DNA from: Octopus sinensis
Lineage: Eukaryota
Direction of reading: 5' to 3'
Assembly (NCBI RefSeq): GCF_006345805.1
Contig: NC_042999.1
Span: 100,626,001-100,690,000 of the forward strand
DNA length: 64,000 nucleotides
The position numbers were made by a program, and so were the translations under genes. Numbering within the stretch: position 1 is the stretch's first letter; every line of letters starts with the position of its first letter. The notes under the pieces were generated by a model, which was given only the letters and a program-made list of their open reading frames with translations, did not search any database and was not told the origin of the DNA. This document shows positions 12,417 through 24,945 of this stretch, one piece after another.

Positions 12417-14015
12417 TCAACTGTGTTTCAGAGTCCAACAGTAATCTGCCATCATGACTGCATCCCAGCATCCCTGATACCTAGTCTCCATCTCTTTTAT
12501 GTCCTGATGGAATCTCTCCCCTTGCTTGTTGCTCATTGATCCCAGATTCTCATGAAACCGATCCACACGCGAATATAAGTAATGCATTTTAACGCTCCAG
12601 TTGCATCCGAGATTCTTGAAAGCAGTCAGCATATTAGTAACAAGTTCTGCATAGTTCTTTGCCTTGTTGCCAAGAAAGTTCTTCACAACCAGAACAAAAG
12701 CCTTCCAAGCTTCCAGTTCCACTTCGTTCACTGAGTTTTCAAACTCAGGCTCTCTGATGAGCTGACAAATTTGAGGGCCGTCAAAGATGCAGTTTTCCAC
12801 TTTTCAATGGTCAATTCTGGAAAAGCCTGGCACAAGTAAGTGAAGCAGTCACCATCCTTGTCCAGAGCTTTGGGGAACTGCTTGATGTACAGTGGTGGGA
12901 AGAATATTCCATCTCTGTCCATCAGAGGGTTGATTATGAGGTTCTTAGCTCTGCAAGGCACCAAAGGCCTCCCTCAAAGGCCAGTCCTTCTTGTAATGCT
13001 GAGCAGTGACCCTACTATCCCACATGCAAAGAAAGTATGGGTACTTGGTGAGCCCAGACTGTTGTCCCAACAAAAATTTTCACCATCTTCAGGTTAACAC
13101 AAATAAACCACTGATGCTGATCATAGTAAATTTTCTCCAGCACATACTTCACCACTTTATACTTTTCCTTCAGTGTAGTCAAGTGAGCTAGGGGTAACAA
13201 AGCAAATTGGTTGCTGTTTTGCAGCAGAACATATTTCAGTAATCACTTGCTGCTATCAATGAAAAGTCTCCAATCTTTGGGTTCGTACTGTGCTTGTGCA
13301 GAAGATGAGCAATATCTGTACAGTACACCTAGTGCTTCTCTTCAGAGAAAAAAATGGAGATACTCTTGATGCCTGTTGTGGTAGAAGGTGATGCAAGCAC
13401 TGTCAGAGAGGAGGTTTTTTTCCTTCAATCTGAATGCCAAAAGTTCAGCAGAGGACTTTGACAATCCGAGATTGCAAACTACATCATTTAGCTGCCATTT
13501 GGAAAAAGGATGTGGAGCCTCATTGTCAAGAACTACTTCGTCTTCTTCATCTTCTTGAACACTGGAGGATTCTTTGTCACTAGTGTCAGGATGTTCTCCG
13601 AAGACAGGTACTGGAATTTCATCACAGTGAGCTACAGGTTGATGTGCTGATTGAATTGAAAATCAGGATACTTGAGGCTGCTCTGGTTCTTTCTGTTGAT
13701 CCCAGTCACATCAATAGCGCTGAAATAGCAGTCAGTGCCATGGTTTGTTGGCTCCCTCCAAACCATGGGGATTCCAAACTTCAGACAACTTTTCTTGCCC
13801 TTGGTCCACTGACGCAGATTCTCAGTGCATGCTTTGCATACCATGTGTGGCACACAAGCTTTATCCTGGTCACCAGGTTTAATACCAAAATAAACATGGT
13901 AAGCATGTTTTACGAAACTTGTGACTGGATTCTTGTTAGGAACAATGGTGTATTCACTGCAGATGTAGTAGAATACATTGCAATTACATTTGCAAGATCT
14001 TCTGGTCGAAGCCAT
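12417..14015 (-). mobile_element. Degenerate Chapaev3-type (CMC) DNA transposase in MSH2 intron 14
   Basis: N-terminal Cys-rich GDQDK..PH..C..C / PMVWREP..H..DCYF and C-terminal QGERFHQD..METRYQG.W...MMADYCW motifs; frameshifted. Confidence 0.8.
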
Positions 14016-14248
14016 TTTATTCACCTTTAAAATAAAAATACCAATTAGGCATAAATAGATGCATGCAAACTCTTCTGAGAGTCCTAAATAAATTATTGCT
14101 GAGAGAAAAAAATGCTTTGATTCTGGGTCTGTTTGAAAAGGTTGACTCATGCTAAACAACATTAAGAAACTAGAAAACCTTAAATAGGATCTCTATGTGA
14201 ATTCAATAACAAGGAAATAAAAAATAAAATTTCTATGGGAGAGCTAAC

Positions 14249-14365
14249 CTTGATTGGATTACTGAAGACCTGCATCACAAGATTTTTATGAGGACCATCA
14301 TCCTTCTCCAGAGTTTCCACAAGATATGGCAACTTACTCAAGGAATGGTACACACGGTAGCAATC
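14249..14365 (-). CDS. MSH2: MSH2 exon 14 (DCYRVYHSLSKLPYLVETLEK...FSNPIK)
   Basis: Conserved DCYRxY; 117 nt, phase 0. Confidence 0.95.
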
Positions 14366-15126
14366 CTGAAAATAAATAAAGATAAATAAAATAACATGCT
14401 TTTCTTTCAGGAGAATTTAACTTAGTTTGATTCAGTTAAGTTAACTTCATTTATTTAAGGAGAGTCTATTAATTTTAATTTTATTTGTTCACTTGTTCTT
14501 TAGTGTCATTTATCATTTACCTTTAACATTTCTATTCATATCCAGTGTTATTAAATAACCAAACCATATCACACTTTTGTTCAGAAACAATCACAAAAGG
14601 TTTTGTTCCTGTTGTCTTCTATTTCCTGATAATAGAAGCACAACAGCTACAAGTTTAAGGGGTTAGACTTTGAGTTAAAACTTTACTGATACTAAAAGTG
14701 CAAAATACCACTCAGCAACAGCCATTGTTTAATTTAGTTTTAATGACTGATTAAAAATAGGTTTTATCTCTACTTGATGGTTAAATGGCCAGAAACAGGA
14801 AGAGCATTATAAGCCAGTGAAAAAAAATTAAGGTATTTTGTGCACCAAAATGCTAATATCCAAATTTGTAGAAACATTTAACCCATTCTAGCATGAAAAA
14901 AAAAGTACAAGAGAGATAAAATGGCTCTAAATATTCACCCATAAAAACAGGATTTACATAAATCGAACACTTTTAAATTGCAATTTATTTATGCTAATTG
15001 CAACAAACAGCAAATGAAATCATTTTGATGCTGAAGCACAAGATTTGTATCAATTTTATTCCCTTTATACCCTTAGTTATAAAAATAATGATAAATTAGC
15101 CAAAGATCTAAGGAATATATATACAT

Positions 15127-15440
15127 TCTGTGCCGGTGGCACATAAAAAGCACCATCCGAACGTTGCCAGCGCCGCCTTGGCCGGCTTCTGTGCCGCTGG
15201 CACATTAAAAGCTCCAACCGATCGTGGCCGATGCCGGAACCCCCCCCCCTGGCACCTGTGCAGGTGGCACGTAAAAAGCACCCACTACACTCACGGAGTA
15301 GTTGGCGTTAGGAAGGGCATCCAGCCGTAGAAACTCTGCCAGATCAGACTGGAGCAGCCCCTGGCTTCCCAGACCCCGGTTGAACCGTCCAACCCGTGCT
15401 AGCGAGGAAAACGGACGTTAAACGATGATGATGATGATGA
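15127..15440 (+). mobile_element. RTE LINE 3' UTR fragment with (GAT)n tail
   Basis: Same 3' terminus as the RTE at 37060-38423. Confidence 0.8.
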
Positions 15441-15520
15441 TAAAGTGAATAACAATAACCAAAGAAAAAAAAAGAGAAAAAACAATCAGAATGTCCACTA
15501 AACAACACTCAAATATCTAC

Positions 15521-15657
15521 CTGAAGATTAGCCTTTTTACGATAAAATTTTTTGGATAAACGCTGGTAATCCGGAATCTTCTTTAACTGGTCTTCATGGA
15601 GTGACTGACGTAACTCGGTGTTGTTGACAAATGCTTCTACCATGTTAAGCCTCTCTT
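15521..15657 (-). CDS. MSH2: MSH2 exon 13 ([20 protein letters not shown]...KANLQ)
   Basis: Overlaps ORF 15509..15703; canonical splice sites. Confidence 0.96.
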
Positions 15658-16701
15658 CTATAAACCAAAATTCCAAGATGATCATTAGCTGGTTATAAGA
15701 CATGCTATTAAAAATACATTGAAAAATTAGATTCCTCTTGTAGCAAGTAACTGAGATTCACTTAATTGATATAGATATTGAGATACCGTCTGTACTTTGC
15801 AAAGAAGTAGCAAATCATCTTTTATGATAAATGCATTTAATTCTAAATTATTATATGTTCTCCAAGTAGGTTTATGTTAATTTTAATTACATCTTCCAAA
15901 ATAAAACATCAACATAAACAAGAAGTAGTGAAACCTATTTGTGCTATCCAGTCAGCAATTCCATTAGCAGATTTGTTTCTGTGTAAGAAACTGTGATATT
16001 TAATTTTGGGTTTCTGTTCTTCAAATGCACCATACTATGGAGGACTTCCTCCCTATGAAGCTGGTACTTAGTAGGCAAGTGGCAGTAATATATATGACCT
16101 AATGTAAGTAAAACCATACTTTACCCTCACGTTTCACAATGGCTGTGACATTAAGGGTTAGGCCACTGACCAAATAATTATAATTTTAAACTTTACTACT
16201 TACAACAACCTCTGTAAACAAGACACATAACTGATTTTTCTGTTGCACACTGCAGAACACAGGTCATTTACAACTTTAAAATATTGTAGTTATAAAAAAA
16301 CAAAAAAACACCTTTTTAAAAGCAAGGTTATATATTTTTATCATTATTGCAAGATGAAACTCTTTAGAGACAAGTAAACTGACCTGAATACACACAAAAA
16401 GAACTTCTCATTGCCAACAGATCAATTTAACTGTTTTATAAGGATTAGTAAAAAAAATTGAATAGAATCCTCAAGTTTCTTTAAATTCAATTTTAACAAA
16501 TACCCAACGATAACTTCTCTTAATATAATACATTAATTACCATATAGTTTCTCCACACAACCAAATTTAAGCCCAGAATGCACATAGTAGCTTAGAACAA
16601 GAACATGCTGTTCCATGTGCATTCACTTATGACAGACTGTTGGAACCACTACATTATAATTTAAGAAGAGCTGACTGAACCTTAACACAATAGCGTCTTA
16701 C

Positions 16702-16815
16702 CTATTTTGTTGATGTCTACCAAAGGTTGTTTAATCCACTGACTTAGGAGCCGTTGACCTGGTGCTGTACGACACTTGTTTAATAATCCCAAAATACTCT
16801 GATTCTTGTTTCCAC
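16702..16815 (-). CDS. MSH2: MSH2 exon 12 ([38 protein letters not shown])
   Basis: MutS core motif LLNKCxTxxGQRLxxQWIKQPL. Confidence 0.96.
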
Positions 16816-17280
16816 CTGCAAACAATCAGAAAGTTAATCAGTGCTCTGAGAACAGTAGTGCAGAAGATAGAAGGAATTAAAAGTAATGTTTTGAAATTCA
16901 GTCTTAAAAATTACAATTATATTCATGATGTTAATTTCAAATACAATTTCTTCTCAAGTAACAAATCAGCCAAGCTTGTCAAAGGTTATTTTGTTATTCA
17001 GAAACAGAATATACATTAGAAGGCAATTTTCCTTAAAAAATCCAGGTGATGTGTTTTCTTTCTTAATTAAGATCATAAGTAGCAGAGATCGAAGTAATAT
17101 ATTCCTGCTATTGGTCAATCAAACATCACAATTAAAACTTTTGAGCAATCTCAATTCCATTGAATTTTTAATTTCTGACAATCAAATCACTGAAATAAAG
17201 ACTATTTTAATAACAGTGTCTGACACCAAAAACAACACATTTAATGTTTCCTGCATAAAAATATCCTTGCCATAACTATA

Positions 17281-17405
17281 TATAAGAGGTCTGATCAATA
17301 AGTATCCGGACTGTTGCCATAGTAATGAAGCCAAAGCATGCAGAGTAAAGCTACTTGGCAAAAATTGACCTTGACCTCTGCTGTACACGCGCACTAAGTT
17401 TTGGA
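17281..17405 (+). mobile_element. Mariner-like terminal fragment
   Basis: TA-flanked ...GAGGTCTGATCAATAAGT resembles a mariner TIR; no partner end found. Confidence 0.35.
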
Positions 17406-17737
17406 TGTCGGGGCAGAAACCCACGCTGGCATCTCCTCAGTTATCAGGCCATCAAAAATATGCTATGAAAATGACCGTTAAAACAAAGGGAAATTACTGT
17501 GTGATTGACCATTATTAAGACAAAAGAGCTATAAGAATGACCACTAAGTAAGGGGAAGGAGTAAAAATGTTCATAGTAATCGCGTAAGCGCGCCCACACA
17601 ACCCGCGTACATGTGCCTATATGTATATACTTATCCACCCTCACCCACACATTTGCCAAAAAAATATATACATATCCACATACTGGATGAGTACATACAA
17701 ACCCTTCGCACTGATGCAAACGATAAGAACTAATGTA

Positions 17738-18600
17738 TCTCTTATTATAAAAGGCAGATTTTATCTGCGTCCCTTTGTCTCTTATAGAAATTTACAATAT
17801 AGGATTTCTTCAATTACAATTTACCTAGCATTTTTAAGAGTAGAATGCATCGGGTCGTGCCAGGTCCGGTTTTTAAAATTTCAACCCCAATTAAGCAAAA
17901 TTTAGAGAAAACTCACATTGTGGTGTGTAAGTGAAGTGCTTTGCTTAGTGTGGGCTACAGCACACACACACAAACGGAGCGAACTGCTTCACTGACGCTA
18001 TCACCCTAATTTCTCCTCCTTTCTCTTTGCAAGTGTGCAACGATTAAAGTGAAAGTAATTCACTTTTTGTAGTGAGTGACTGAGAGAGAAAAGAGAGAGA
18101 GAGAGGCTATGTATGTATGGCTTCAGTGACACACACACAAAAACACATACCTATGTACACCTAAAGCACGCACACACACACACAAGCGGAGCGCGAACTT
18201 CAAAAGAACTTCACGCGCTATCTATCTGGTTTGCCATTCCTCACACACACGCAGCCACATACATATATGACAGTGACAACACAAACGTTTCAAACAACTA
18301 CATACACACATACAGACACGTGTGTGTTTGTTATTTGTAAAAAAGGCGCCAAACACAACTCGCTTCTCATTCGAACACATTTGCAAAAGCACACCGACGG
18401 TCGAATTGCCATAACAATACAGAAAAGGTAAATTGGTTTTTAATTTACTTTCTGTCGTTAAATTTTGGTAGTATTAATTGGCGAGCGTACTTTTAACAGG
18501 AATCATGAGAATTGTCTTATCAATATATTTTTCAAAAACCAAATGTTTTCAGACATCTAAATTTATGAGATTTACTTATAATCCATTTTTGAATAGTGAC
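17738..18600 (+). mobile_element. Helitron 5' portion, inverted relative to the 9190-9500 copy
   Basis: A|TCTCTTATTATAAAAGGCAG; near-identical to the reverse complement of 9300-9500. Confidence 0.75.
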
Positions 18601-18609
18601 CTTTTCTTC

Positions 18610-18823
18610 GTGGCCGTCTGCCAGACTTGTCTGGCACCTGTGTCAGTGGCACATAAAATCACCCACTACACTCTTGGAGTGGTTGGCGTTAGGAAGGGCA
18701 TCCAGCTGTAGAAACACTGCCAGATCTGACTGGCCTGGTGCAGCCTTCGGGCTTGCCAGACCCCAGTTGAACCGTCCAACCCATGCTAGCATGGAAAGCG
18801 GACGTTAAACGATGATGATGATG
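18610..18823 (+). mobile_element. RTE LINE 3' end with (GAT)n tail
   Basis: Shared ...gcatggaaagcggacgttaaacgatgatg terminus. Confidence 0.8.
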
Positions 18824-18867
18824 ACTTCTGTTGTCAATTGTTGACAGAAAGAAATTGTAAGCTAATA

Positions 18868-19240
18868 AGGTGTGTACGTATGTATTATGTGTGTATGTGT
18901 GTATGTATGTATGTGTGTATCTATGTATGTATGTATGGATGTGTGTATATATTTGTGTATGTATGTATGTGTGTATGTATGTACATATGTATGAATGTAT
19001 GTGTGAATGTATGTATTTGTGTGTATGTATGTATGTGTGTATGTATGCATGTGTATGTATGCACTTTATGTATGTATGTATGTGTGTATAAATACATACA
19101 TACACACATACATAAGGTGTGTGTGTGTGTGTGTAGGAAGTGAAGGATAAAAATATTGCAAGAAGTGGACAGATGTACATATATATATCCGTACATACAT
19201 GTGTGTGTGTGTCTATGTATGTGTATTAATGTGTGTGTGT
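18868..19240. repeat. Compound (TATG)/(TG) microsatellite
   Basis: Seen directly in sequence. Confidence 0.9.
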
Positions 19241-19242
19241 TA

Positions 19243-19598
19243 TCTCTATATAAAGCTGAAGTTGTCTGTGTGCGTCACGTTTGGTAACCTTCAACTAACA
19301 CTATCTCCTCCAAGACCCTGCGGCGCAAGTTGACCAAAATTGAGAGTATGATAGAAGAAGGGTTGCTCTTCCTTCCGTAGAACATAAAATTCAAATCGGA
19401 CCATGTTAACACCAAAAATTATTTACATCAAAAAGCTGCTTTTTTCTATGAAAATCCCCATTTTTTACGATTTTTTCACTGGTGTCGCCACTTTTTGGTG
19501 TATTTCGACCAGAAAAATTTTCACAAAATTTTTACTTTTCAAAATTACAATTCCAGCAGGTCGAAACAAACCCGAGCAACGCTGGGCGATACTGCTAG
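19243..19598 (+). mobile_element. Short non-autonomous Helitron (356 bp)
   Basis: A|TCTCTATATAAAG start; cccgagcaacgctggg hairpin plus CTAG|T end. Confidence 0.75.
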
Positions 19599-19710
19599 TT
19601 TAAGATAAATAGGATATATCTTTGGATTATCTACCCTGAACAACACAATTTCAAAAAGACATATTTCTTGAGTCAAATTAAGAGAAATATAGTTGATTTA
19701 ATTTAATCAC

Positions 19711-19831
19711 CTTCATAAGGATTAGGTTGAATGTTCAAAGCTTTCACTGCAGCTGCATCCAACTTCAAATACTGCTTCAGATCGAATGTAGACAATTTGA
19801 ATTGGCCAAAGTAGCCCTCATCAGAAAGTAA
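19711..19831 (-). CDS. MSH2: MSH2 exon 11 ([34 protein letters not shown]...)
   Basis: Conserved QYxKLDxAAVxALN. Confidence 0.95.
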
Positions 19832-20448
19832 CTAAAATATAATAAAGAAACACCTTAAATATGCACAACTATAGGCAACATATTTACCAAGCATACACAA
19901 ACAGTATGATAAAGTGAATGCAGAATAAGATTTCAGAATAAAAGAAAAAATACACAAACATGCACACAGCTGCAAGTTACTTTCCCAGATAAAAAAGTCT
20001 AAGAAGGATGTAAAATTCAGAATCAGACAATTAATTATAAGTTTGATATAAAAAGAGCTATAGGCTTACTAAAAGAACTCTAAGTCATGTAAGCCTACTA
20101 TAAATTCATCTTTACCAAATAATTTTGTCTGTTACTCAGCATTGGCAGGATGAATCTATTAAATACTATTGCTAAATTTCCAATCAATTTATTTTGTGGT
20201 GATAATATGGTTAAAATAGAAAGATTTTATAGAACCTACTTACAACTGATGTATTAGCAAGTACTATGTAATGTAATTAGTAGTACAGGTAACAGGCAAC
20301 TGTAGTAAGATTTCCATCAACAAGAATGCTTCTCTTTGTCTTAAGTTGGTGATTATAATGTCTGATATTATATTTAAAACTTAACAGTTAATTTATGAGG
20401 TAAACATTTTTGATATGTTTATATGAAATTTGATTGCAAGAAACATAC

Positions 20449-20507
20449 CTCCAAATACTTGACTAGGGAAGACAATGCTGCCATAGCAAGAGTGTTATCA
20501 AGCTCAG
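20449..20507 (-). CDS. MSH2: MSH2 exon 10 (PELDNTLAMAALSSLVKYLE)
   Basis: 59 nt, restores phase 0; aligns to human [20 protein letters not shown]. Confidence 0.93.
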
Positions 20508-20596
20508 CTGCAGAGAAAAATAAAGAAACCATAATCAATTAAATGTTATAAACAAATAAAGCAAAATTTTAATGTTATTTAAATCACAATACTAAC

Positions 20597-20683
20597 GTAA
20601 AGCAGCACTGTTCTGTTGGTCTTCCTTCTGGAACTTAAGCAGCCTGTTCAAGTCTTGGACTATATCTTTGCTTTGGAAATCAC
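20597..20683 (-). CDS. MSH2: MSH2 exon 9 (GDFQSKDIVQDLNRLLKF...NSAAL)
   Basis: Conserved KDIxQDLNRLLK. Confidence 0.95.
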
Positions 20684-21218
20684 CTGAAGATGAAAAAAAC
20701 AGAGTCAAGTAAACTGATATTTAAAATCACAAAAACTGTTAAAAATAGAGGAAAGCTAAACTACATATGACCTGATTATTATTATGAAAGCTTCATTGTT
20801 TTGTAATGCAAAAAAAAAAGTTTTATATTAATTAGTTAAACTGGGTTTAAATTAACATGTTTCTGCAGACTGTTTAATCCTTTAACATTCAGCTTACTCT
20901 GTCAAATATAATGCTTATTTATACACATTATTTTGAATTAACCAGGCATTATCTTGTAGCTTCAACATTTCGATAATGTGATTGTTTTAGAAGATAAATT
21001 AATAAATTGTGTGTATAACAATATTGAATTCTGTCAAAACATGTACTAAAAGTTTTTCAGTACCTTTGCATAGAGATCAACCCATTTAAAACAGTGTAGA
21101 TGTAAATATCAAAAGAAAAACTGTTCATGTCTAAAAATGTTTAATGGTCCAACAAACTGTTACACTTTCACATATTTCTAAGTAGCTAGAAGTCAGAGAA
21201 AACAAAATGAAAACAAAC

Positions 21219-21339
21219 CTTTCTTTTTTTCAGTAATCAAAAGTCCACTTCGGGTAATAACCTGTTTTAGCCAGGCTGAGTCATTGATTTCACTAGCACA
21301 CACAATACACTCTTTTGGTCCCAACTGAACAATGAGAGC
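21219..21339 (-). CDS. MSH2: MSH2 exon 8 (ALIVQLGPKEC...ITRSGLLITEKKK)
   Basis: Conserved ALxxQxGPKEC; phase consistent. Confidence 0.95.
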
Positions 21340-21506
21340 CTTGAAATGATAGCAGAAAAGTGTTCAAAAGTAGTTACTAAGTTATATGGTTTGTTCAGGA
21401 AAGGAAAGGTAGTACTCAAGACTTATTTGTAGCTCCAAGACTAGTTGTAGTGAGGCAATATGAAAAAATTACATGCAATAGATTGGCTACAATACACAAA
21501 TTTTTT

Positions 21507-21723
21507 TTTCTATTTTACTCTACTGGACCTCCATAGCCATTTGAAGTTTTTTAAAAATCCTATTTTTATGATTAAATATTATTAGGAACTTGTATGAGAA
21601 ATTGTTAAAATCATCATCATGATTTTAACAATTTCTCATACAAGTTCCTAATATTTAATCATAAAAATACGATTTTTAAAAACTTCAAATGGCTATGGAG
21701 GTCCAGTAGAGTAAAATAGAAAT
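21507..21723. repeat. Near-perfect palindrome, ~105-bp arms, 4-nt loop, in MSH2 intron 7
   Basis: Arms are reverse-complementary about 21615-21618 with only a few indels or mismatches. Confidence 0.95.
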
Positions 21724-21814
21724 AAAAAAAAAAACGGTTGAAGCCCACTGGTTTAACTAGAACGTCTGTCAATGTCTTTCCATTTTCACCATCAACATTT
21801 AAAGCATATTTTTC

Positions 21815-21995
21815 ATGCTGGAATATGTTGGATGACTTGACAGGAACTGATAAGGCCAGGGGCTGCATCAGATTCAACAGTTTGTTTTGGCTTGGTTTCT
21901 ATGGTTGGATGCCCTTCTTAATGCCAACCATTTTACAAAGTGTATATGGCTGCTTTTTACATAGCAGTACCAGTGCTTTATATGTGGTACCAGCA
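21815..21995 (-). mobile_element. Degenerate RTE 3' end
   Basis: Reverse complement of the ttggcattaggaagggcatcca motif. Confidence 0.6.
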
Positions 21996-22129
21996 CCCAC
22001 ACCAATGTTCTTTTTCATGATGCTTGAATATGAGAGATATTTGGCTGGTATTTCTAGTGTGTTAAGTGGACATGTAGAAGCAGCCTGAATGGCTCATTAA
22101 TATGCAAATGTTGTCAAATGCAAACTCAC

Positions 22130-22216
22130 CTCCAAATTTGAAAACTGATCATTGTCAGTGAACTCACAGACCTCCATTTTGTGGGATGTCAACTCCACAA
22201 GAGCTGTTCCAACCAT
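22130..22216 (-). CDS. MSH2: MSH2 exon 7 (MVGTALVELTSHKMEVCEFTDNDQFSNLE)
   Basis: Conserved CEFxDNDQFSNLE; canonical splice sites. Confidence 0.96.
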
Positions 22217-22549
22217 CTACATTAAGAATAAAAAACTCATTTTTTATATTTAATAGAAAGTAGTTTTCTATATAAATACAATCACATAAAAACATCACCG
22301 TTTAACGTCCACTTTCCATGCTGGCAAACTACAAATTTTAATTAGTAACATGACTAGTGTAAAACTGCTATACTAGTGATCATAAAGTAATCAATTATAT
22401 CCTTATACTAATGCAAAAAGTGTTGTGATTCTGGGTAAGTCACAATCACCTGTGGACTAATCTGCCTGACTAACAAGTCCTACATCTACTCATTTCATAG
22501 TTGAGAGGAAGAGCATCTAGAGATAAATATAGTAAAAGAAGAAAAGACA

Positions 22550-23750
22550 ATATTAAAACTATTAAATAATGGATGACTAATTTTTATGTAAGAGTATCTA
22601 TGATAAAAAGAAGTTGCTTAATACAATCTGAACCCTACAAAATCAAGTCCATGTAATGAATAAGCTGAACGAAGACAATGACTGATGTAGGTGAAATCAG
22701 TTCAAGCTATGAGGGTATTGTTAAATAAGGTTGGGAGTGTGATCAAATTCAGAGTGACAGATGTAGTGTACAAATGAATATTCACTAAGGCTTTGTTCTC
22801 AGCCAACACCTAGTCAGTGCAAGTCCCAAGAAAAGAACATAGGAGCTATAGGATTAGGCAGGTATCCTTAGAAACATTTATATTGATAAACTGATCTTCA
22901 TTACAGAATTTGTTGAAGAGCTGAAGAAAAAGTTTGAATGAAGGAAAATGTCTGAAGAATTAATATGGCAAAGACATTCTCAGAGAGAGAGAGAGAGTGT
23001 GTGTGTGTGTACACAAAGATTTGTGATCTAATGCAGAAATGGCCATATTTAATGTTGGCAAAAAGTTTGTAATATAATAGATGTAATGGAATATAAGGCA
23101 GACTAACAGGTAAACCAAGACATCAGGTGCACAGTTGTAAAACAGGAAAGAGTTTTGCAGATAATTCATTAAAAGTGGTAGCACAAATTAACTAGAGATG
23201 TCTTCTGAAAATATAGTAAAAGCTAGATAAAAAAAACCCACAGATGTTTACAGAATGTCTACATCTGCTGGAAACAAAAAACTTCACTTTCCATGAAATG
23301 ACCGGTTGTTTGAAGCTTGTGCATAAATGTGGTTTTGAACAAGAGAGGCAGCTTTTAAGTAAAAACCTGTAGGATCTGGTGAGGAACAAACTAAGTGTGA
23401 TTCCATGGATATGCAATGTCAACCCGTCTGTGAGCAAAGAGAGGCCAACAGCATTGAAGGGCATTGATCAATATTTGAAAGAAAGACTACTGCTGCTATA
23501 ATTATATAATGCAAATGCACAACTACTACTAGATGAAAAAGATGTAATGAGTTGACAAAAGTAATGGTTAACCAAAGCAGATAAGGGAAGAGATCTGAGA
23601 ATGTGGCACCTCACAGACAAAGTAATCCTTGATCTGAAATATACTGTACTGCAGACTCAACAAACCACAGAATTAGGAAGAAAAGGACTTAGTTGACAGA
23701 CTGTATATATACTGAAGCTGCAGACAGAGTAATAAATAAATTCTCAACTC
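22550..23750 (-). mobile_element. Possible highly degraded CR1/L2-group LINE remnant
   Basis: Weak resemblance of ORF 23192..23464 to the RT-thumb LG...W..HI pattern only. Confidence 0.3.
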
Positions 23751-23981
23751 AATACAGATAGCATCTCAAATTTTATAGAAATCTCAATGTGTACATAGAC
23801 ATTTCTTGAACATATATAAAAATGACCATGCTAAAATACACAATTCATCATGAATAAATGTTTAGTGAGCACAAAATTAAGGAAGATAATCAGTCTTTGT
23901 ATGTGCTTTTGCTTACAAATGAAATAATTTTTTAAGTGTTTAGGGGCTTTGTTTTCCAGAAAAGAAATCAAACAGACATAC

Positions 23982-24092
23982 CTGTTGGCCATTGACTGTA
24001 CCAATCTTAACAGCCAAAACTCCAGTAGCAGATGACATTTCACAATTAGTGAACAGAATATCTTCAAACTGAACCAGGTTTCCAGGAGAAGC
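23982..24092 (-). CDS. MSH2: MSH2 exon 6 ([14 protein letters not shown]...VNGQQ)
   Basis: Conserved ASPGNLxQFEDILF; 111 nt, phase 0. Confidence 0.96.
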
Positions 24093-24808
24093 CTTTCAAA
24101 TGAAAAAAAAATTTAATAGAAAGATAGTTAACATCAACTCTAAAACCAACAATATTTTCAAATAAGAAACGGTCACTATTCAAAAATGCATTATAATAAA
24201 TCTCAAAATTAAATGTCTGAAAACATTTGGTTTTTAAAAAATATATTGAAATTCTCTCAATAAGTTCAAAGTGCAAGGCCAATTGATTATAGTGCTGAAG
24301 TAGGAAACGGACTATATCCTATTTGAAGTAGCCTAATTACATATTTATGAGTGATGAATTGTTAACCAAGAAAAGGCTAAATGGACGAGATTGATGCACA
24401 AGATATTTAACGGAGAATTAAAAACAAATTAGGAAATAAAATGTGAAGAATAGGTCCAGTTGGGTGCTGAAACTTAAGCAAAGAGATAACTTGTGACTGA
24501 GAATTCAAAACCACTAAAAAACTGAGGAATTATTTTTTTACTGGAGCATCCAAGTGTTCATAAAACATTAACAAAAAAGGAATTAAAATAAAATTCCATG
24601 TCTAGATTAGTATTTCTTAACCATTTTTGTCCCGCACCTCACTTCTAGTCTGCCCTACAATAAATGGACAAAGTATATAGCATGTTTGAAATTAGTTTTC
24701 ATTTAAGACTTTATTGCAATTTTATTCAGTTGCTAGTTACTTATGCCATCATCCTGAAACACTGAGCTAAATATTAAACAAGAACATTTTTATAAAACTT
24801 ACAATTAC

Positions 24809-24945
24809 CTTGAAATCCAATGACCATTCATTTTTACTTTTGGATCTGTAAAGCTCCACTCTATAAGCTTTGACAAGTAACAAATCACGTACAAGTGACT
24901 CAAAGTTCAATTTGCTTAATACCACAGATTCCATCTTGTTTGAGC
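24809..24945 (-). CDS. MSH2: MSH2 exon 5 ([33 protein letters not shown]...WSLDFK)
   Basis: Overlaps ORF 24767..24979; aligns to human [27 protein letters not shown]. Confidence 0.96.

Noticed and set aside
18689-19196. Several overlapping ORFs rich in H/T/Y or C/V/M
   Set aside because: Translations of (TATG)/(TG) microsatellite; the same applies to ORFs near 32400-32750, 43074, 50109 and 53460-53913.
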